Of a stretch of 64,000 bases of DNA, positions 58,494 through 64,000 are shown piece after piece. The notes beneath the pieces are model-generated. The model was not told where the DNA came from. It ran no database searches and saw only the letters and a list, made by a program, of their open reading frames with translations. The stretch's first letter is position 1, and the number at the start of each line of letters is the position of its first letter. Origin of the DNA: Diplonema japonicum (Eukaryota > Protista > Euglenozoa: Diplonemea); assembly GCA_964019335.1 (NCBI GenBank), contig OZ025763.1:73335-137334 (forward strand), written 5' to 3'. The position numbers and the translations under genes were made by a program.

Positions 58494-61400
58494 ATGGACC
58501 TGCTGCGAAACACCCCGAGGCTGTACCCTCAGAGGAAGATGTCGCAGATCCTCGAGGAGAAGTCCTGGGGTGCGCTGTTCGGGAGCTCCCCGGGTGGTAG
58601 GGACAAGGCCAGGTTGAACTCGCTGAAGGTTCACAAAGCAGGGGCTTGGCTGACGGCGATCACGGGCTTGAATAACGAACTAAAGAACGATGAGTTCAGG
58701 ACGCTGACCAGCTGGCTCCTTGGCACCGCAGTCGGGTCCGAGGGGAAGTGCCCGATGTGCGGTGAGGACAACGACGCACTAGGCGACCATGCCATGGTTT
58801 GCAAGAGAGGTGCGGTCATGACGAAGAGGCACGACAGGGTGAGGGACATGTTGGTGAAGCACTGCTACAGCGGCGGGTTGCAAGCGGTGAAGGAGCAACA
58901 AGGCCTCCTGGGTGACGGGAGGAAGCCTGCTGACGTTTACCTCCCGATGGGGGTGGAAGGCGAGGGCCCTCTGGCCATCGACGTGACGGTGGTCCACCCG
59001 TGTGCGAGCGCCCACCTGGCGGCGGCAATGGCGGTTCCGGGGGCGGCTGCGGAGAAACAGGCGGAGTCGAAGCGGGCGAAGTACGCGAGCGACTGCGAGA
59101 GAGCCCGGATACGGTTCACCCCCTGTGCTCTGGAGACGTTTGGCGGGTTCGGGACCGACGCCAGGAGGGTGCTGAAGAGGATCGCGGCGGAGGTGGCGAA
59201 GAAGAGGCAGCGGGACGCGACGGAGGTCTATAGGACCATGACAGAGGAACTGAGCGTAGCCCTCATGAGAGAGGTGGCAGTGGAGACGAGGAGGAGGCAC
59301 CCGATCAAAGAGACACAAGCACCGCCCGACCCACCCCCGGCCCCAGACATCCCCCCCGATGGCCCAGGAGACGAGGAAGCCCAGGCAGCGGGCGCCCCCC
59401 CACCCTCGACGGAGGACGCGTCAGGCACGACAAAAACCGAATCAGCCGACATGCCCGCTGGAGAGGAGGAAGTGTGCACGACGCAGGATGGCCCCAGCGC
59501 GATGGAGGAGGACCCGGCAGAGGACATGCCAGAGGAGCAGGCGGAGTTGCAGACAGGCCCTCTCTCATTGCAGGGGGAGGACTTCGGCTTGATGGAGGTG
59601 GAAAGCGAGGACGGGCTGGAGGGCGGTGCTCCGCAGGCGGACATCCCCGCCGCCCCCCCGGTCGTCGGAGGGACGGACTTGGCCCCCGCGGGGGAGGGGG
59701 GGACCCCTGACGCGACGGAGGTGAGGGAGCCCTGGGAGGCAGTGCCGCTACCAGACGTCTCCAGCCCCGACGCGATGGAGGATGATACGGCAGGGAGCTC
59801 GCTCGCAGAAGGGTGGGTCCCGCAGGCAGGCCCCGCTGCCCCGCGGGTGGACATCTCAGGTTCTAAAGAAAACGAAACAGCCGACTTGTCCATGGGGGAG
59901 GGAAGTCCTCAGGAGGAGGAGCCCGGCTTGATGGAGGAGGACACGGAAGAGAGCGGGGATGGGCAGGGCGGAGGGACGTCGCTGGGATACACCTCCACCC
60001 CGGCGGAGGAGGTGGGCCCGACCGACATGTCCGTGGAGGAGGAGGAGGAGAAGAGTGATTCGATAGAGGGTGGGGAACCCATGGAGGGGACGTCTCAGTC
60101 GGACGCCTCCGACTCCTCCTCGGAGGGCAACACTGGCACAGAAAACACCATCCAAGCCGCATTGCCTGAAGGAATGGAGGAGGAGGACGCGCAGGGAACG
60201 GACCGGATGGAGGTTGAGGGGGGCCTGACTCCGCCGCAGGCATCAGAGGGGAACACTGGCACAGAAAACACCATCCAAGCCGTATTGCCCGAAGGAATGG
60301 AGGAGGAGGGCTCGCAGGGGACGGTCCAGACGGAGGTTGAGGGGGGCCTAACCCCGCCACAGGCATCAGAGGGGGATGAGCCTATGGGGCCACTCCTGCT
60401 CGAGGGACGGGCTGAGGTAAGTGGAGAACCGAGCAACCACCAGTTTCCCCTCTCTCCGTCCCCCTCGGGAAGGGAGGACGACCAGATGTCGTGGCAGGGG
60501 CCGCAGGAAGGGGAGGGGGGGCCCTCACCGTCATCTTCGATGGAGGAAGTCCTCTCGTCCGCCCCAGAGTCCAGCAGCGAAGGCCCCGGGGTCGGAGAAG
60601 GGGACGCAGAGTTGCAGAGCGCCGGAGGGGAGGGAGGTTCGGAGTCACCCGGGTCGGCCAGCCCGATGAGGGAGGACGAAGGGAGCCCCGATCTGGAAGC
60701 GGCAGAAGCCGGAGGCCCGCCAGCGGCGGTGAGCCAGGAGGTGGAGCGGACCGGGCTGGGCGCGTTCTCTAGGGAGCAGATCATGGCGATCCTGGAGGCG
60801 GATGTCTTCTCTCCTGTACCCGCGGGAGAAAGCGGCCTGGGGACGACACAACCCTCACAGGGAGCGGCGGTGCTAACCCCAAGGGCCTCCCAGTCGGTGC
60901 TCGGAGGAGGGTGCGACTCCCCCATTGTGGCGGCGGTGTTGGAAGGGGCTGCCCGAGGCCCCCCTTCGTCGGAGGGGGACAGGGCAAGGCTTGGGGGAGA
61001 CCGTGAGTCAGGCTCTCCGGAGGCCAGGAGCACGGGGAACACACCGTCCGTGACGCTTGTGGGAGCCATCGGGGAAAGCCTGGTGAGGAAGAGGGTCCCG
61101 TCCAACGAGGCCCTGTCCGCCCAGAGGGATCCCAAGGTACAGAGGCACCCAGCGTTGCTGGACGTCAGGGGGCCTGCGGTCCGCCCCTGGTTCCCAGTCC
61201 AACTAGAGTCAGACGAAGTTTACGTGGCGCGGGTTCTCTTCGAGGCGGACGGGGAGGAGGAGTCCCCCATCCAGTCGGAAGGCGTCGAACCCCCTATCCA
61301 GGCGGAGGGTGGTGAGTCCCATGTCCGGGAGCTCCCCGCCCAGGAGGAGGAGGCTGGGTCTCCCACCCAGGCGGAGGTGGGTGAGTCCCCCACTCAGACG

Positions 61401-62231
61401 GAGGGCAGTGGATCCAGCATCCAGGTGGAGGATAGCGAATCCCCTACTCAGTCGGAGGGTGATGAGTCCCACATCCAGGAGGAAGGAGGGGAGTCCCCTG
61501 CCCAGGCGGAAGGTGAAGCTAATGAGCCCCCCATCCAGACGGGAGCGGCGGTGGAGGACGGGACCGCGCCCGAGCCCCTCGAGATTGATTCGCCGGAGGT
61601 CAGTGGGAACAGGGGTCTGGCGAGGAAGAGGGTGCCCTCGAATGAGGCTCAGTCCGCCCAGCGGACCCCAAAAGTGAAGAAGGGTCGCGGCCAGCTGGAC
61701 GTAAGAGAATCGAGCCTGGCCGCTGGCATGCGCGTGCTGTTCGGAGCGGTTCCGCCCCCTTCCCTGACCCCCTTGGCCGTGGGTAGCAGGCCGCCGCAGG
61801 AGGAAGGCGAAACGGCGCAATCTCCCATTCCGGGGGCGAGCGGTGCAGGGCTCTACTCTCCAGAGGCGAGGTTCCCGGAGGCGCCCGTGGTGTCCATGGC
61901 CGCGGACCTGTGCGAGTCGGACGGGACGGAGGCACATTCGGCCCCCTCCGGTGTGGACAGAGAGCCTTCGCCCGCTCGTCCGTCGCAGTCTCCCGTGCTG
62001 GGGGCTGAAGGCGGGGGGCGCCTCTCTCCGGAGGTCAGTACCCCAGAAACCTCCAACCCCGATGTCCGGGTAGAGGGCGGGGAAAAGGTCGCCAGAAAAA
62101 GGGTACCTTCCCACGAGACCCAGTCGGCCCAACGCGCCGCTAAGGTCGGGAAGGGCCCTGTCCAACGAGATGTGAGGGGGCCCCAGGGTGGTCGATCCAC
62201 CCCCCTGGGCTCGCAAGGGCCCAGGGCTTGA
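58494..62231 (+). mobile_element. RT-less CRE-like ORF: zinc knuckle + restriction-like endonuclease + ~970-aa acidic/Pro/Ser tail
   Basis: AGAWL, CPMC..DHAMVC, RHDRVRD, PADV..IDVT, ALETFGG; no YxDD/RT; uninterrupted 3.7-kb ORF. Confidence 0.8.
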
Positions 62232-62412
62232 GCAGCCAACATTAAGGGTTCCTGAGGGAAGCCCTCTTTAGAATTCCCCCCCCTTTTTTTTTTTTTTTTT
62301 TTTGCAAGAACGAGTCTTTGACTTGTCTAAACAAAAGGGGAACGTTGGCAACGTGTTTCGGGTTGACAAACGTCTCCAGGTTTTACCCGGCACGTACAAA
62401 CAACGGCCAGTC

Positions 62413-62448
<36 letters not shown>

Positions 62449-63239
62449 CCATTACAACAAAACGACAAAGGGGAAAAAAAAAAAAAAAGAAAGTTAGCAA
62501 AAGAAAAAAAAAAGGGGACCGGGAGTTTTCCCCCTGAAGTTCCTTTGTTAAAACATGTTTGCTGTTGGGTTTCCGTTTCTTTTCTTTTTGGTTTTACTAG
62601 GAGTTTTCCTTCTACAGATTGTTTGCTGATGGTTTTGAGTTGATTCTTTTTTATTTTTTATCTTATGGTTTAACTAGAAGTTTTCCTTCTACAGCTTGTT
62701 CGCTGACGGGTGGGTTTATCAGGCGGGCTTCCATAGCTGGTGACCTATGGAAGCCTTCCCAAATTTTTTCTTTTTTTCAGGCCGGGCTGGGGAAGGACGG
62801 CAAGACCACCAACGGAGGAGAAACCGCTGCAGAAAGGGGAAAGGTGCAGGAAGACGAAGAGGACGAGAGGGCGTCTCACAAAGACTCCCTTCAATTCATA
62901 TATCTTTTATTTTCTTTTTATTTTTCTTTTCTTTATTTTCTTTCTCCCAACCCTACCCCCCCTCGAAAAAAAAAAAGAAAAGAAAAGAAAAGATTCATTC
63001 CTCCCTAGTTTATTATATTTTGCATCAGGTTCGCCGAGAAAATAAAAGGAAAAACAAGGAAAGAGAACGGCAACCAAATTTTAAATTTTTATTTTATCAT
63101 CAAAGGAGGTTTGAAAAAGAGAAAAATTAAAGAGAAGAAAGAGGCCTTTTTCTCCTCTATCGATAAGTGATTCACGAACTCGAATCTTTATCACCACTTT
63201 TTTGTGCATGCCAGATTTTTTTTTTCTCCCGCCTTGTTA

Positions 63240-63739
63240 GAGAAGTTTTAATTTACTAGTAAAAAAATAAAAAAAGTGAAAAGAGGAGTAGAAGACGATC
63301 CGGTGGGGGGCATGGGAACCATAAACCGTGTCTTCCATCGCGATCGGCAAGGCGGGGGCTTTTCCGTCCCATGGGTGAAAAGAGGCGGATAAAACCACTA
63401 TTCCGGACCCCCCCCAACACTGAGCATGCACTTTTTCCCCCATACATACCTCTCTTGTTTATCAAAATATCACCAATTTTACGGCGGACGCCAAGAAAAA
63501 AAAAAGCCAAGGAGAAGGAGTTTAGGGAAATAACAAAAGACCTACGGCCCCAAGGAAGGCGGTGAAAACAGCCATGGTGGGCCAGCCCTGGCAGACAGGG
63601 AGCCTGAACACCAAGAACACCGCGGAGCCAAATTTGCATCCGGAATTTTCGGTTTTCAAACTTACAAAAACCCCCTGTAGGCATCTGCGTCCGTCCAGCC
63701 CCATTTTGGCACCCCTTTTGGGTGCGGAAAAAAAAACTA

Positions 63740-63827
<88 letters not shown>
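63240..63827 (+). mobile_element. Poly(A)-tailed SINE-like repeat (5' boundary uncertain)
   Basis: Long poly(A) 63741-63827; its 3' ~62 bp is found inverted at 3010-3072. Confidence 0.45.
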
Positions 63828-63829
<2 letters not shown>

Positions 63830-63871
63830 CGCAAAGGACCGGCTCGAGGTCATCCAGCTGAAGAAGGGGAT

Positions 63872-63919
63872 CAAACCCGCAAACCCGCAAACCCGCAAAC
63901 CCGCAAACCCGCAAACCCG
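63872..63919 (+). repeat. (CAAACCCG)6 tandem repeat
   Basis: Read directly from the sequence. Confidence 0.9.
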
Positions 63920-64000
63920 AGTTGTCACCAGGGCCATTCAAGAAGTGAACAGCAAAACAAGCGATAAATCTTCAACTTTTCTTTTGTTTTTCTTCCCCCC

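Overview
Eukaryotic genomic DNA, most likely a euglenozoan of diplonemid type. This is inferred from the alpha-tubulin ending EEDVEEY, from every real gene lying on the + strand like a polycistronic cluster, from a CAG acceptor 4-9 nt upstream of most start codons (trans-splicing-like), and from short GT-AG cis-introns. Intergenic regions are full of A/T/C/G homopolymers, so some frameshifts may be sequencing errors. Recognisable genes are alpha-tubulin, an ABCC/MRP transporter, a class II histone deacetylase, SppA/protease IV, a stand-alone Nup96-like protein, a TPR protein and a PSI-domain membrane protein. Also present are a complete bacterial-type cobyric acid synthase (CobQ), a 3xDOMON mucin-stalk surface protein and a 7xDOMON-ferric reductase/NADPH-oxidase-like protein. 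There are two paralogous kinase / PB1-like / poly-Asn / ankyrin genes. Mobile DNA is abundant: two CRE/SLACS-like non-LTR elements with long acidic C-terminal tails, a LINE RT fragment, an ingi-like 3' fragment, a poly(A) retroposon with a target-site duplication, MITEs and dispersed repeats. The best candidates for new biology are: (1) the kinase-ankyrin genes, whose near-identical 102-bp repeats vary mainly at DARPin-type binding positions, and whose two copies are interrupted at the same repeat register; (2) the multi-DOMON (putative multi-haem) surface redox proteins; (3) a eukaryotic CobQ.
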